From positions 43,848,210 through 43,912,209 of the forward strand of contig NC_068981.1 of NCBI RefSeq assembly GCF_001194135.2: a DNA stretch of 64,000 nt, given 5' to 3'. A program made the translations under genes and the position numbers. This DNA comes from Octopus bimaculoides (lineage: Eukaryota). Below the pieces are notes generated by a model, which saw only the letters and a program-made list of their open reading frames with translations, was not told where the DNA came from and ran no database searches. Of this stretch, positions 42,931 through 56,311 are shown piece by piece (within the stretch, counting starts at the first letter, position 1; every line of letters begins with the position of its first letter).

Positions 42931-43089
42931 AAAGGATAATGCACAATACCAGCAAGAAGACACAAACTATAAACCATTTTAAATCATGGTGTTGGTACCA
43001 TAGCAACTTAACCTGCTACTTCTGTTGTTAAAATGCTATAAAGGTTTTAAATCATTATCACAAGAGCATTCCTCAAAAAATAAACAAAA

Positions 43090-43129
<40 letters not shown>

Positions 43130-44918
43130 AAACATATTATTAAATAACATTTTAAAATGCATAATCTAAAATGGAAATATTGATTTTTTTCTTCTTTTTT
43201 TTTTTTCAAACTTTTACTTTAATCTGCTAGTCTTTCATTCTAGTTTCAATAGAAACTTGAATGCTTCCACCATAGATACAAGCTTGTTTGAAATACTTGA
43301 TTTTGAATTCGGTTTTAAAATTTCTTATCAAAGAATTCAGTTTATCTCAAAATTTTGATTTATAGTTGAAAAACTAAACACAGTTTATAGTAAGTTGACA
43401 GTTCAAGCAGTACCATTCTGCCAGCTGTCAATTAATAGTTTATCTTACAAGAACCAGAAGGAACTCAAGTGCTTGTGGAATGAAGAAGCGAAAATCCTTA
43501 ATCTGGTAGTTGAACACTTATAAGTATAGCATTCAACCATAAAGAAATGCCCAAATTAGAAAAAAACGAAAAAAAAAAAAAAAAAAGAAAATGTGTGATT
43601 GAATTGGTCTACTGATGATAAAACTAGATCTTAATATGAGACAATAATTAATCCTTTCTACTTTTCTGCTATAGGCACAAGGCCTGAAATTTGGGGAAGG
43701 GTGATAGTCAATTTCATCGACACCAGTGTTTCACTGGTACTTAATTTATCAACCACGAAAGGATGAAAGGCAAAGTTGACCTCTGCAGAATTTGAACTCA
43801 GAACGTTGTGGCAGACAAAGTCCTGCTAAGCATTTTGCCTGGCATGCTAACGACTCTGCCAGCTCACCACCTTCTAGACAATTTGCATTATACCAGGGTG
43901 CATTTATATGCCACCAGCATGGGTGCCAATTTGCATGACACCAGTATCTACAATGACTGTGATTTTGTTAAACTTGATAGGTCTTCTTCTCAAACATGAC
44001 ATAATACCAAAGGCCTCAGTTATTGCCTCTGTGAGGCCCAACTCTTGAAAGGTACTCAGCACTTTACCTCTGTGAGGCTCAATGCTTGAAAGGAACTCAG
44101 CCACTCTGCTTCTGTGAGGCCCAACGCTTGAAAGGAACTCAGCCACTCTGCCTCTGTGAGGCCCAATGCTTGAAAGGCACTCAGCCACTTTGCTTCTGTG
44201 AGGTCCAACATTCAAAAGATGTTCTTTACGTGCCACCAGCACAGGTGCACTTACCTTGATGGGTCCTCTCAAGAACAGCACATCGCCAAAGGTCTTGGTC
44301 ATCTGTCATTGTCTCTGTGAGGCTCAAAGTTCAAAGATCATGCTTCACCACTTCGTCCTATATCTTCCTGGATCTACCTCTGCCCCTGGTTCCCTCCACA
44401 GTTGGAAATCATCACTTCTTTACACAACTGTCCTCATCCATACGCTCTATGTCCTCACCTATACACATATATATACATGCATATATATATATAATAATAA
44501 TAAAAAGTAGAAACAGAAGAATGGGACCTTGATATTAGATAAATAGAGGACTATTTATATATGTTAAAATTTAGAACAAAAAGTGAAAGTTTGTTATTAT
44601 AGTACTCGGAGTTTCAAATGTTGGAGCAAAGAGCTATGATGCATTCTCGTTGGCTACTAATGGCAACAAATGCTATGCAAAACCATTGAATAAAAGTGAA
44701 GTTACTCTAACAGGTAGAAAAAGAAAAAAGAAAAAAGATAAAAAATACACACAACCATATCCTCACAATACATAAACATAACCCTTTTGTGTTCACAACG
44801 TCTACATACATACACAGTCACGCAAACATGTATACATACATACATGCACACACACACAAACTTATATGTGTATGTATGTACTCATACATATACACATATC
44901 TACACACACATACACATG

Positions 44919-44972
<54 letters not shown>

Positions 44973-45532
44973 ACCTCATCCTCATATATACATAGGTGTT
45001 TACATGCATACACGTAACATAGTAACATAATACATATATATTTAGACATTATGTATATATACAGACATACATTCACATTCCCTCATACATCATACACACA
45101 TATACATATATATATGTACACACACACACACACATATTTGTGTATGTGAGTGAGTATAAATGAGTGCCTGTACATTAGTTTGTAAATGTGTGTATATGTA
45201 TATGTATATATGTACATACATCTACATTCTTAACTGGGTATGTCATATCTTGAAAATGACTGTTGCATCTATGAACTTTGTATTTTGATAAATTAGATAC
45301 TATTTATCATCTAGATAAATGATATCTTTGCATATTTTAATACACTTCAGTGTACATAAATACATCAATATTTGAGCTCCACCACTCAGCTTCTCACTTA
45401 TCACTGTTTTACTCTGTTTTTCAGTGTCCATTTTCCCCTTTCTCTTCTCTCTCCCTTGATCTCTCTCTCTCTCTCTCCCTCTCTGTCTGTCTATCTGTCT
45501 CTCTCTCTCACTCCCTTACTCCCTCCCTCTCA

Positions 45533-45563
<31 letters not shown>

Positions 45564-46006
45564 CCTCTCTGTCTGTCTATCTTTCTCTCTCTCTCACTCA
45601 CTCACTCCCTCTCTCTCCCCCTTTCTCTTTCCGTCATCCTACCTACTCTCATTATGACTCTGATTATGACTCAAATTCCAGTCTCACACTCCAATTTCTT
45701 TTTTACACTAAGCCTGCAATGTAAACAAACAGTGTTAAGCTAATATCATTTATATTTTTTCATTTCTGTCTCTTATTTTTGCTTCCTATTGATAATGAAT
45801 ATTCCCTGAAATGTTAGATTTGTGATTCTTTTCATTTTTCATAACTAATATTTTCATTGTACACATCCTTTGATTATTATAATGTTACTTCATATCACTA
45901 TACTTTTTACACTGTGTTTGATTTGTTTAACATTGTGTCTAATATATTTGTCACCTTCTTATATCATAATTATCTTCATTTCATTTTGGTGCTTTTTATG
46001 TAATAA

Positions 46007-46043
<37 letters not shown>

Positions 46044-46628
46044 CATGTGTGTGTTCATGTGCATCCACATGTGTGAGCTTGCGTATGTGTGCATTTGTGT
46101 GTGGTTGTGTGTGATAATTAGTGTTGAGGGCTTGAAAAGATCATGGGTAATATGACACCTCTTACTCTGCCCCTGACCAAACTATTTTAAAAAATTAGCT
46201 AAAGAAAGGAGTGAAATAAGTTCAGGTTGTTATTACTTTGTCATTAATAAACATGTTTCTTGTATCAGCAAAGGAGCTGGTATATGGTCTCTTTATTTTT
46301 TTTTATTTCTTAGAAAGAGACAGAAAAGCAGTGTCTATGTGTCTTTAATTTTTCAGGACCTCAGAGACTGGTTGGAGTTAGTTATCTTTAAATCAGAGAC
46401 TTAGATTAAATTTGAAATAAAGGTACCAAGGATCAAGTGGGGATGTTCAATCAGGCAATGAATTAAGTCAACTACTAATAGATCAAAATGAAAATGGCTT
46501 TGCAATTAGGAAGGGCATCCAGCTGTAGAAACTCTGCCAGACCAGACTGGAGCCTGGTGCAGCTGCTGGCTCTCCAGAACTCAGTCAGACTGTCCAACGC
46601 ACGCCAGCATGGAAAACGGATGCTAATC

Positions 46629-46661
<33 letters not shown>

Positions 46662-47804
46662 ATCTGAGCTGTGAAGTCTGATATTCTATCATTCTTCTCA
46701 TCCATTATCCTGGACTGATATCTTATTTGATCAATCATGCAAGGATTAAAGGCAAGGTTCACCTAGTTGGGATCTCAACTCAGAATGCAAGGAGTCAAAG
46801 GTAAATATCATGAGGCATTTTGTCCTATACTGTAAAGTTTCTGCTAGAAATAATAAACAAATCTTCCTCAAATCACACTTTGGAATAAGTAGTGGAGTTA
46901 TTATGTTCAATAAATTTCTTGAAGTGGTGCCCTAGCATGGCCACTGTCCATTAACTGAGACTAGTAAAAGAATACAAGAATAGAAGAATAACACCTCTGC
47001 ATTGTTCCATATACAAAGACTTTCACAAATGGAGCATATAACAGTAAATACAATTCACTTTTCTAATTGTATGAGTAAAATTCTTTTTACTTTGCCAATA
47101 TATCAGAGTAGCAAAAAAGAGGAAAATTTATTATCCTACTAATGTCTAGTTGTAACTAGCTTTAGAATAAACCAACACCTAGAATAGAAAGTAAGTATTT
47201 TGGCATTATATCAAGCTGAACATATTTTATTATATTTCCTTCTATCTCATAATGTGATTATTTTTATTTCTTTCATGCTAGTAAGGGTTATATAGTTCTT
47301 GTAAATTGGTTATTTTAGCATGAACATCTAACTATCAATTGTGAAATGTAAGTGGTGCCTATTTTCAATATAGAAGATTGGCATAAATGACTCGTGAGCA
47401 TTGCATAATACTGCAACACAATGCTAAAGATTATAGTTTTAGTACAGAATTTCACCATTTTTCCTAAGATATACCACAGTGCCAATGATTATCGATGAAT
47501 TAAGAACACATAATCATGTTTTGGATGAGAGACAAATATCATATCTATTTAATTATTGTCTAGGTAATGGTGAAAGAAAAGACATATTTTATTTTGCTGT
47601 TATGAACATGAGGTGTTTACTGGTATAGGGCTTAGAAAAGAATCATAAAGACAAGCTCAGTAATTGCAGATATCTCATCATGGGTTCTATTTCATTGCAT
47701 GACACTTTGGGGCAAGACTCTTTGACAATGAACTCAGATTGACTGAATACTCTATGAAGGGAATCTGGGAACAAGCCTATCATGTGTGTGTGTGTGTGTG
47801 TGTG

Positions 47805-47838
<34 letters not shown>

Positions 47839-50719
47839 AGTGTGTATGTGTGCCTCTGTGTGTGTATATCTGTCTGAGTGTGTGTGTGTGTGTTTGCTTA
47901 TCTTCTTGTATAAGTGGATGTGCGTGTGCCTCTGTGTGTGTGTGTGTGTGTGTGTGTGCCTGTCTGTATGAGTGAATGTGCATGTACTTGTCTGTATGGG
48001 TAAGTGACTGTGTTTATATTAGTGTTGGGGAATAAAGCTGGTGCATTGAAATGGAAATGCAGTTATGGTATTTGTGTCCTTCAAGTTATATTGTTATCTC
48101 TCATTACACCAATGTCTATCCCTACTTCGTATTTGATTGGTTTTATAGAATAAATACCTAGAAAAGTACCGGGCTCAATATAATTTGGTAAAATCTTTGA
48201 AGACCTGTGTAGTCACAGTCCAATAAATGAAATACTGTAAAAGACTAAGATAAGAACAGAATCTATCATTAGTAGATTATAGATGAAACAGTTATTTATG
48301 AATTATCAAGTTGTTGGAAAAGGTAATAGCAGAATGGATTTAACATGTGATGCATAAGATAATCTTAGAAGAAAGTACGGAAAGAAGTGAAATCTGCATG
48401 CAACAAGTTCTGAAGAAATAGTGTTTCTACATAATCTGTAATTTTACTTTGTATATTCTCAATGATTAAAATTTGCGTTGAATGGGATAAATATAACCAC
48501 TCTTATGGTATTGTGTTTTCATTATACTTGTGTGGTTTATATGTTTACTTAATAAATCAAAAATAAATCATACTGTGTAATTTATTATTTTAAAACAAAA
48601 GGAATGTTGTTTTGATGCAGCAGGAAATAATAATATTTAATTATTCAGACTATTATAGAATTATTACAGACTCAATTGTTCACTTTCAAATTGTATATTT
48701 AATTCATCTACAATAATTTTCCTTAACAAGAAATAAATAAATTATTTCATGCATTTTCTGTAGGTAGTATTTTTCTTTCTTTTGTTCAAGTATCTATGTT
48801 TTAATCTGTTTCATGTATAAGTGATAAAGATGTAGCTTGCATTTGCATGAAATTTTAAATGTCACTTTAGTATCCAGTTGATAAATTCTTTGATCTTCGA
48901 CTGTTTATGACTTCTAGCTGCTAGTGATTTGCACAAATCTTCAATAGCATAAAAACTGTCAATATTTTCACAGTTGTTCTCTTTCATGCATCTTCTCACT
49001 CATAACAGTGTGAGTCTGTCATTGATGTAGGTTGCATAACATCTTTGCTATTAACCTTATTACAACCTATTGATCTTTCTATTTGTAGATCATTCATCAT
49101 CAACATTCATGAACAAGATAATGCTGGGCCACATAATCTTGAAATTGTTTTTCCATCGTTATGGCAGAAGGAGATCAACACGTTTTCTTCAGCAAGGGTT
49201 GTGTCTACATCTCTAGATGCAGCATTTCTGGACCTTTTCATTTAGTTTTTGTTTTAGCATTAAACTGATTGTTTGTCATAGTTTCTTCTTTTGCAGAAGC
49301 CAGTCTGAACTTTTGGGATTGAGAATATCTCAATTTATATTTGGCCAACTTCACCTGGGACATCTCGTTTAGTGGTGTAGCTACTTCATACTGGTCAGTA
49401 ATTGCAAAGTTGTTTCTTTTGTTTTCCCATCTTCTTGATGCTCTGCATGAATAAATGCAATCCATATATTATATTGGCCAGAGGGTACCACGTAGGTTTA
49501 TTCCAAATTCAGTAATGTCAAACTCACTACTTCATAAGACAACAGCTAATATATTTATACTCTATAGTCCTCAAGGCAATAACAGAGAATTCAAGACAGG
49601 TTGCCCCTGGGAGCTCCTCTATGCTGATAACCTGGCCCTCATAGCAGAACTACTACCAGGACTAGGTTTAGAATCGAAGGGCCTTAGAGTCAATGTTGCA
49701 AAGACCAAAGTTGGGCATCACAGAGGAAATGACAAAAGACAGAGACCTCTGGAGGTATGCTGTGACTGAGAAAACCTGGCAAATAAAGTGAGTCCACAGC
49801 TGTAACCTACACCAGTGTCGCATAACTAGCCCACTCAAAAGTACCTTGGATTGTAGGGCAACATGCTGTGCTTGAGGAGACCTATTGAGTCAAGTACATC
49901 AGCATCAACAGTGCCTCTTTGACTGGCTTCCTTGCCAGTGGCACGTAAAAAGCACCATCCAATCGTGGTCAAGGCCAGCTCCTCTGGCCCCTGTGCTGGT
50001 GGCATGTAAAAAGCACCCACTACACTCCCGGAGTGCTTGGCGTTAGGAAGGGCATCCAGCTGTAGAAACACTGCTAGAACAGATTGGAGCCTGGTGCAGC
50101 CTCCTGGCTTCCCAGACCCCAGTCAAACAGTCCATCCCATGCCAGCATGGAAAACAGGCGTTAAACGATGATGATGATGATGGTGTTTATTAAACTTCTT
50201 TGATGTTTATTAAAACTAAAAAAGATAAAGTTATCTTACTGTGTCATGCAGACTCTTAAGAGCCGGTTTCCTGATTTCCATGATGTATTAATTCCCCTCC
50301 TGGATGGGACACCAGTCTGTTGCAGGATTACTCATTTTTTTGCCAGCTGAGTGGACTGGAGCAATGTGAAATGCATCGCATGGTCCAGGAATTGAAACCA
50401 CAATCTTACGATCATGAGTCCAACACACTAACTGCTAAGCCACGTGAATACACTGGTGTTCATTAGCACAGTAGCTGTTCCAATTATCCCTATGAATCTT
50501 TTAAATACTTTGAAAATCTTGCTTCCCAACCATGTGGCTTGAATTCAGGTCCACTGTGCAGCACTATTGGTAAGTATCTTCTACTTTAGCCCTGGGCAAG
50601 CTAAAGTCTTGTGAATTGCTTTAGCTGACAAAACCTGGATGAAGCCTATCATATATATATGTGTGTGTGTGTTTGTGTATGTGTGCCTGTGTGTGTGTGT
50701 GTGTTTGTGTGTGGATGAA

Positions 50720-50766
<47 letters not shown>

Positions 50767-52575
50767 ATGTGTGTGTCTATGCATCTGTTGTCTTGACATC
50801 ATGTGATAGTTATAGACAGGTTTCACTGTCATATGAATAATGCCATTCATTTTCAGTCTTTCATGAAAGACATGCCTGGTCATAGAGGAATGTTACCTTG
50901 CTTGGAAACAGGTGTGGGTTGGTGAGAGGAAGGACGTCCAGTCATAGATAATCTGCCTCAGTGGATTCCAACTGACTTATGCAGGCCTGAAAAAAAGGAC
51001 ATTAGAACAATCATGATGAATATGATGATGTTGACTATGTTGAACATGGTTCTTAAGTTTGGCTAGAATCATACATCTATCAATGAATCACTCAATACTC
51101 ACAGCAAGTATTGTGAGAGCTAATACTGATTAAATTAGGTCAATCACAGGCTAATGTAACTGATAAATGAAATAACAAAATGGCACTCATTAACCACTTG
51201 ACTCAAAACTATCTTTTTATAAATTTTATCAACAATAAAGATTTATTTATTAAAGAATATTATTGTACAATTAAAAATAAGAGAAAAATTGACTGGAATC
51301 TAAACTTTGATATTCTTGGTAGCTTTCAGAATCATTTTACTCATTTTGAATCAAATAAACATTCAATTTTTTGCTACATTTCACCAATTATTTGTTTATT
51401 GAAAATCATAAAAAATTCTTATGCCATTTACTGAAATTGACTATATTTGCACATACAATTAACTGGTAACTTTTTACGTTAATTTGTTGCTAGACAGTCT
51501 ACTGTTTAGAAAACTGATGCAATTAAGCAGAGGTGTCTGGAGAAGAAAAGTATTGCAAGTGCCTACATTTGTCTTTTAGAGGTATGAAGTAGATGAGAGA
51601 AAATTTCTCTCCAGAAAAGGACATTAACCCATTACAAGTAATATTCTCAGATGAGCTGATATTTATTTATCTGCAGTTAGGTGAACGGAGGTAATGTAGT
51701 ATAAAGTCTGTGTTCTCCAAAAACATTATAATGCCTGCTGCAGATTTTAATGCATAGTCTAGGAATAGATAGTTCTAAAACTAATCCACTCTGACATAAC
51801 ATCCTTAATTTATGTAGGAATGGTAGAAAAGAGAGAGAAATCACCGAACAGAAAAACATCTGCAGGTGAATTTAGTCTTGCCAAAATAGTAGATGGCATT
51901 GTCAAAGATATAACTCAGATTGTGTATGTATGCATTTATGTGTTCAAAAATATACTATGTACATGATTGTATGTATGAATGAGTTTCTGTGTATGTATGT
52001 GTGTGTTTCTGTATCAGTATGTGTCAGTGAGTATGTTATAGAATTTCAAATATATGTATATATACGTATATTAATATATAAATATATAAGTTTTGGACTT
52101 CAGTGGTCAAGGTAAAAATATAACAAGATTACATAATGGGTGATGAATGTTATGTTGATCTTCATTACTTCCTGCAGGTTTTATCAGTAGGTGTATATTT
52201 CACTGTAAGTAGTTTGTCAGGTGATTTTTAATTTAATTTTCTTGTTACAATTTGAATGGCTAAGAAATTTATTAATGATTATCAGAAAACACAGCAGGTT
52301 TAGATGAAAGAGTGTTACAAAGTAAAATTCCTGTAATGTTTCATTTTTGTATACCAGTAATATGTACAAAACAGTGACTGACCATATCTATCATTGAAAA
52401 AAGATAGTGGGTATTCAAAGCATATATTTATGCAATTATATAAATGCATATATAGTTTATGGAATGTAAGGAGTGTCCAATGGAAGAGGTAGAACCTGTA
52501 GTAGTGAAGTGGCATGTTTTAATCTTTTAAAAGTGGTTTGGCTATTTTGCTTTTCACCAGTCACTTACCTCTCAT
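42931..52575 (-). CDS. Candidate micro-exons encoding a signal peptide: 52569-52575 (coding part of exon 52569-52597), 51103-51125, 42931-42966
   Basis: acaaATG AGA G|gtaagt; aatcag|TA TTA GCT CTC ACA ATA CTT GCT|gtgagt; ttatag|36 nt|gtaagc. The spliced product is [22 protein letters not shown]. Confidence 0.4.
43665..43875 (-). mobile_element. SINE family B, CpG-decayed
   Basis: aggcctgaaatttggggaagg...gaaaggatgaaaggcaaagttgacc...gccagctcaccacc. Confidence 0.85.
43895..44460 (-). mobile_element. RTE 3' end with a 42 bp tandem repeat (~4.6 copies, 44025-44218) in its 3' UTR
   Basis: The minus strand reads [28 protein letters not shown] (RTE C-terminus), followed by repeats of gcctctgtgaggcccaacgcttgaaaggaactcagccactct. 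Confidence 0.8.
45440..45630. repeat. (CT)n-rich polypyrimidine tract
   Basis: Directly visible. Confidence 0.9.
46495..46662 (+). mobile_element. RTE 3' tail ending in (GAT)n
   Basis: aggaagggcatccagctgtagaaactctgcc...gccagcatggaaaacgga...gatgatgat. Confidence 0.85.
49238..49442 (-). CDS. Candidate terminal exon
   Basis: ttattcatgcag acceptor, then a 67-codon open frame in unique AT-rich DNA ([20 protein letters not shown]...KTKTK*), followed by ~900 bp of repeat-free UTR-like sequence. Confidence 0.3.
49566..50183 (+). mobile_element. Internally deleted RTE LINE (RT motif joined to the C-terminus and 3' tail)
   Basis: [21 protein letters not shown]...[11 protein letters not shown] jumps to [20 protein letters not shown], then the tail and (GAT)n. 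Confidence 0.85.
50260..50445 (-). mobile_element. tRNA-headed SINE (third body type)
   Basis: The minus strand begins cgtggcttagcagttag...ggtttcaattcctgg, with A- and B-box-like motifs. Confidence 0.6.
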
Positions 52576-52603
52576 TTGTGGCTCCAAAAAGCAGAAGCTG
52601 TGA

Positions 52604-52643
<40 letters not shown>

Positions 52644-53835
52644 TTATTCATGTCTGTTTTATGTACATCTCACAACTTAATGGTTCCACAAATAGAAATC
52701 ACTGTAATAAGAAATTGGATTAAAAACAAGTACTGAAGACCATCGGATTTGCTAAATTTTAAAGATGATACCCTGGCATGGTTGTAACTCAGTGACTTAG
52801 GCAAGAATCTTCTATGAATAATTCTACTAAATTCTACCAAATATTTCTAATGATTCTATTAATATTCTTGTAAAGCTCTGGACTAGCCAAAGTATTGTGA
52901 ATGCAATTGGGATATGATGTGTATCTGTATATATGTGTGTGTTTGTTTGTATGTAGCTTGGTTTTGACATCACATGATGGCTGTAAAATGGCTTCCTTGT
53001 TTGTCTTCTGTCTTTCATGGGAAACATGTCTGCCACAGAAAATATTGTCATGCTAGGAAACAGGTGAGAGCATGTGACAAGGTGGCATACACAGCTGTTG
53101 AAAATCTGCCTCAACAAATTCCATCTGACAAATGCAAGTGCAAATGATGATGACGATGATGTGGACATACTTAACGTATGTGTACAATTGAAAAGCCAGA
53201 TAATGCAGTTTTTATCAGGTTAAAATCCCTTTATAGACATATTGTGTTAAAAAGGGCAATAGGCCTCAGAGCTAGTTGGACCAAAATCGCCCAAAAATGA
53301 GTTAAAGAACAGCAGGTGCACATTTCTGTCTCTGTGGCTTGTTAGTGTCATATATGCATGTTACTTCTAAAATGAGGTAGAAATGGACAGGCTAAAGTAT
53401 ATAGAGACAGTGTATAAGAAAACACATGTTTGCAATAGCATCACTAAGGCTGAATATATGCATACTGATAAAGATTTTACTTTAGAGCAGCTTCTATTGC
53501 CTATTTCGAATTTTATTCGGCCTTAGTAGTGTCTTGTTTATACACTGTGCCTATATACTTCAAACTCATTTCAGAAGCGATGCACGTATATAACAATGAC
53601 AAGTTATATATACATCAAAGCACGGACCTGTTGCTCACGTGGTACTTCCAGGGTGAATTCAATTCACCTAGGTTTGAAGTATAACCTTGTTTTTGACACA
53701 ATTCTTCCATAAAAGGGATTTCCCCAGATGAAACTATGAGCTTTGGCTTTTCAACAAAACACATATGTTGAGTATACCTTATCGATAAAACTTTTATCCA
53801 AGAGCTGCTTCTATTGCTTATTTTGATTATATATA

Positions 53836-54260
53836 CCGTAAATCCTCGAGTATAGTCCGCCTTTGAGTATAATACTCAGGGCATTTTTAGGGGGCTGTAC
53901 CTTTGAAAAACCTAAACCTTGTGTATAATAAGCACCCCTTCTCTAACTTGAGTCAAGGAGGTCTATATAACGTCCTTGGTTTGTAAACGTATATACGGTT
54001 ACGTCCTTTATTATTATTGTATATATAACATAATGCAAATGTGTAGCTTTTTTGTGCACTTTGTTTGCAGAAAATAAAGAAATAACAATAATAACGTCAG
54101 TGAAAAAGAAATACTAAGTAAATTATCTTTACATATTTATCATTTAGAAAATTTTGCTTAGAAAATATTTTTCATTTTTAACTTCGTATATAGTACACAC
54201 TAGAAATTTTGACCTTTAAATTTTGGGAAAAAAGTGCGGATTATACTCGAGGATTTACGG
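53836..54260. mobile_element. 425 bp non-autonomous Tc1/mariner-superfamily (pogo/Tc2-like) MITE
   Basis: 25 bp TIRs ccgtaaatcctcgagtata(g/a)tccgc with 1 mismatch, TA on both flanks, and no coding capacity. Confidence 0.9.
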
Positions 54261-54305
54261 TATATGCTTGTGAGTGTGTGTGTATGTGTGTGGTCCGTGT
54301 GAGTG

Positions 54306-54346
<41 letters not shown>

Positions 54347-54465
54347 TCTGTTTGTGCAATTTTTCACGATGAATTCAAATAACTTTACTTAGTAATTATC
54401 CTTTCAGATACTCAACATAGAACAAGATCTTGTGTCCGACTGTAGACTTGAGAACAAATTCTTAC

Positions 54466-54839
54466 CAACTATATTTTCTTCAACAACAAATTAGCTCATG
54501 TCAAAAGCAGAAAATAGTAGTAGTAGTAGAATTCGTGGTAGTTTTAGTACTGTTGGTATTGTTGCAAACTGTCCAAGGTCAGAAAATTTTATCTCAAATT
54601 TTTCACACATGCAAATTGATTGGATAACGTTAGATGGAATTCATTATGGCTGGAAAAAGATAGATTGGTCACAGTTGGACAGGCTTTAAACATAGAGAGT
54701 AGACTTGGGCTAAACAATTGCAACTGATTATTAAAGTGTAATAATTATATTAGTTCAATACTGACTGAGATTGAAAGAGAAAAAACAGTAATAACTTTAC
54801 CAGATTCTTCCAGGACAATGATCACTTGAGTATCTTGTC
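54466..54839 (-). other. Candidate 5' UTR exons 54801-54839 and 54466-54649
   Basis: 54466-54649 has a strong acceptor (ctatctttttccag) and donor (TTG|gtaaga) but stops in all frames. It lies upstream of the ATG exon at 52.6 kb. Confidence 0.25.
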
Positions 54840-55809
54840 CTGTTGGTGTAGTGTGGAATTTATGGGATGGGTGAACCACAGAGGTCAACTACTTTTTATA
54901 CGTGTGCTTTTTTTATACTATGTCGATAAAAACGAAGACGTAATTGCCTCAGCGAGAACATCTTTAGCAATAAGTAGGATACTAGTTAAACAAAGAGAAA
55001 CTGCACACACATCCAATTTCCCAACCAATACTTTCTGTAAAAAAAAAAATGATAAAAACATTACAAAAACGAATAAACAACAAATTAGTTTATTTGGCTA
55101 TGCTGTGGCTGGCAAAAAAGAATTTAATGTTGTACTGAGTTAGTTTATGGAAATTTATTTTGGTGGAAATAAGTTTCAATATCAACTTCTTTACTTTGTA
55201 TTTTTATGAGATAAAATAATTAAAAAATATTAATGGAATAATTCATACTATATAAAATACGATTTTTCGTTCATTTATTTATTCTTTATTAGGCAAAATA
55301 ATAGAAATTATTCAATTAAATTTTTATTGAGGTAAAATACAAAAAAATATTTTATTCATTTTATTTTGTGGCAAATTATATAATACTTTTTAACGTGTGA
55401 GGGTTATTTAACAGAACATAGAGAACATAAAAGAATTATATAAAATCAAATTACTCCAGGCTAAAACTCACACCAAGTGTGTTTAGCATCGAGTTCACAT
55501 GATGACCGAAGCTTTCTTTCACAGAATTTCTTCCCTGTCTGTCTCCATCAACATACAACACAGTAGTAGAAGGGCCTTTGAGAAAATCTTAGCGAGATGG
55601 AACAAAACTGTTTTTGGGCCCTGGGTTGGGGAGATCCTCTCAAATTTCAAATAGGGAGTCAATGAGGATCTATTTTTTTCTTAGGGGTGTATTCAGAATC
55701 TCCCCTTTGGCTCTCTGAGTCAAAATAGTAGTGGAGGAAATACTCAAGTATCGCTTTCATAGTCCTGCTAAGCCGTCGTCGTTGTTGTCAACATCATCAT
55801 CATCATCGT

Positions 55810-56130
55810 TGTCGATTTCGTTGTCGTTTTCCATACTGATATGGGTTGGCCAGCTGAAGAGCTGTCCAAACTCCAATTGTCTATTTTGGCATGGTTTCTA
55901 CAACTGGATGCCCTTCTTAACGCGAAGCACTTTACAGAATATACTGGGTGCTTTTTACGTGCCACAAGCTCGGGTGCATTTACGTAACACCGGCACGAGT
56001 GTATTTTATGTTGCACTGGCACCTGCAAAGGATATTCCTGTATGTATGGATGGCCGCAATTTTACTTAGCTTGACGTGTGTTCTGAAGTACAGCAACTCG
56101 CCACAAGTCCCAGTCTCTTGTTATCTGCTC
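55810..56130 (-). mobile_element. RTE-tail-type short element
   Basis: tttctacaactggatgcccttcttaacgc...gggtgctttttacgtgcc motif next to (CAT/CGT)n. Confidence 0.7.
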
Positions 56131-56311
56131 AGTGAGGCTTAGCATCTGAAGATCCTTTCTCACCACTCCATCCCATATTTTCCCGGGCTTCCCGCGTCTT
56201 CCACGTCTCTCCCAAATTCGCTATATGTTTTGATTAGCTATTGATTTTCTGCGAGCTTTTGATCTGAAAGAAGCCTTTGATCTAAGTGTATTTCCTTTTT
56301 CTATATACAAG

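Noticed and set aside
42878-42980. Plus-strand terminal exon reading ([33 protein letters not shown]), possibly joined to 39996-40045 (VSDTEGDVKQVILRLI)
   Set aside because: It is plausible but overlaps the minus-strand micro-exon 42931-42966, and no family is recognised. It is set aside as a competing reading, not excluded. Stranded RNA-seq would decide.
44025-44218. Regular 42 bp repeats as a CRISPR-like array or repeat protein gene
   Set aside because: There are no unique spacers, the context is eukaryotic, and the array lies inside an RTE 3' end.
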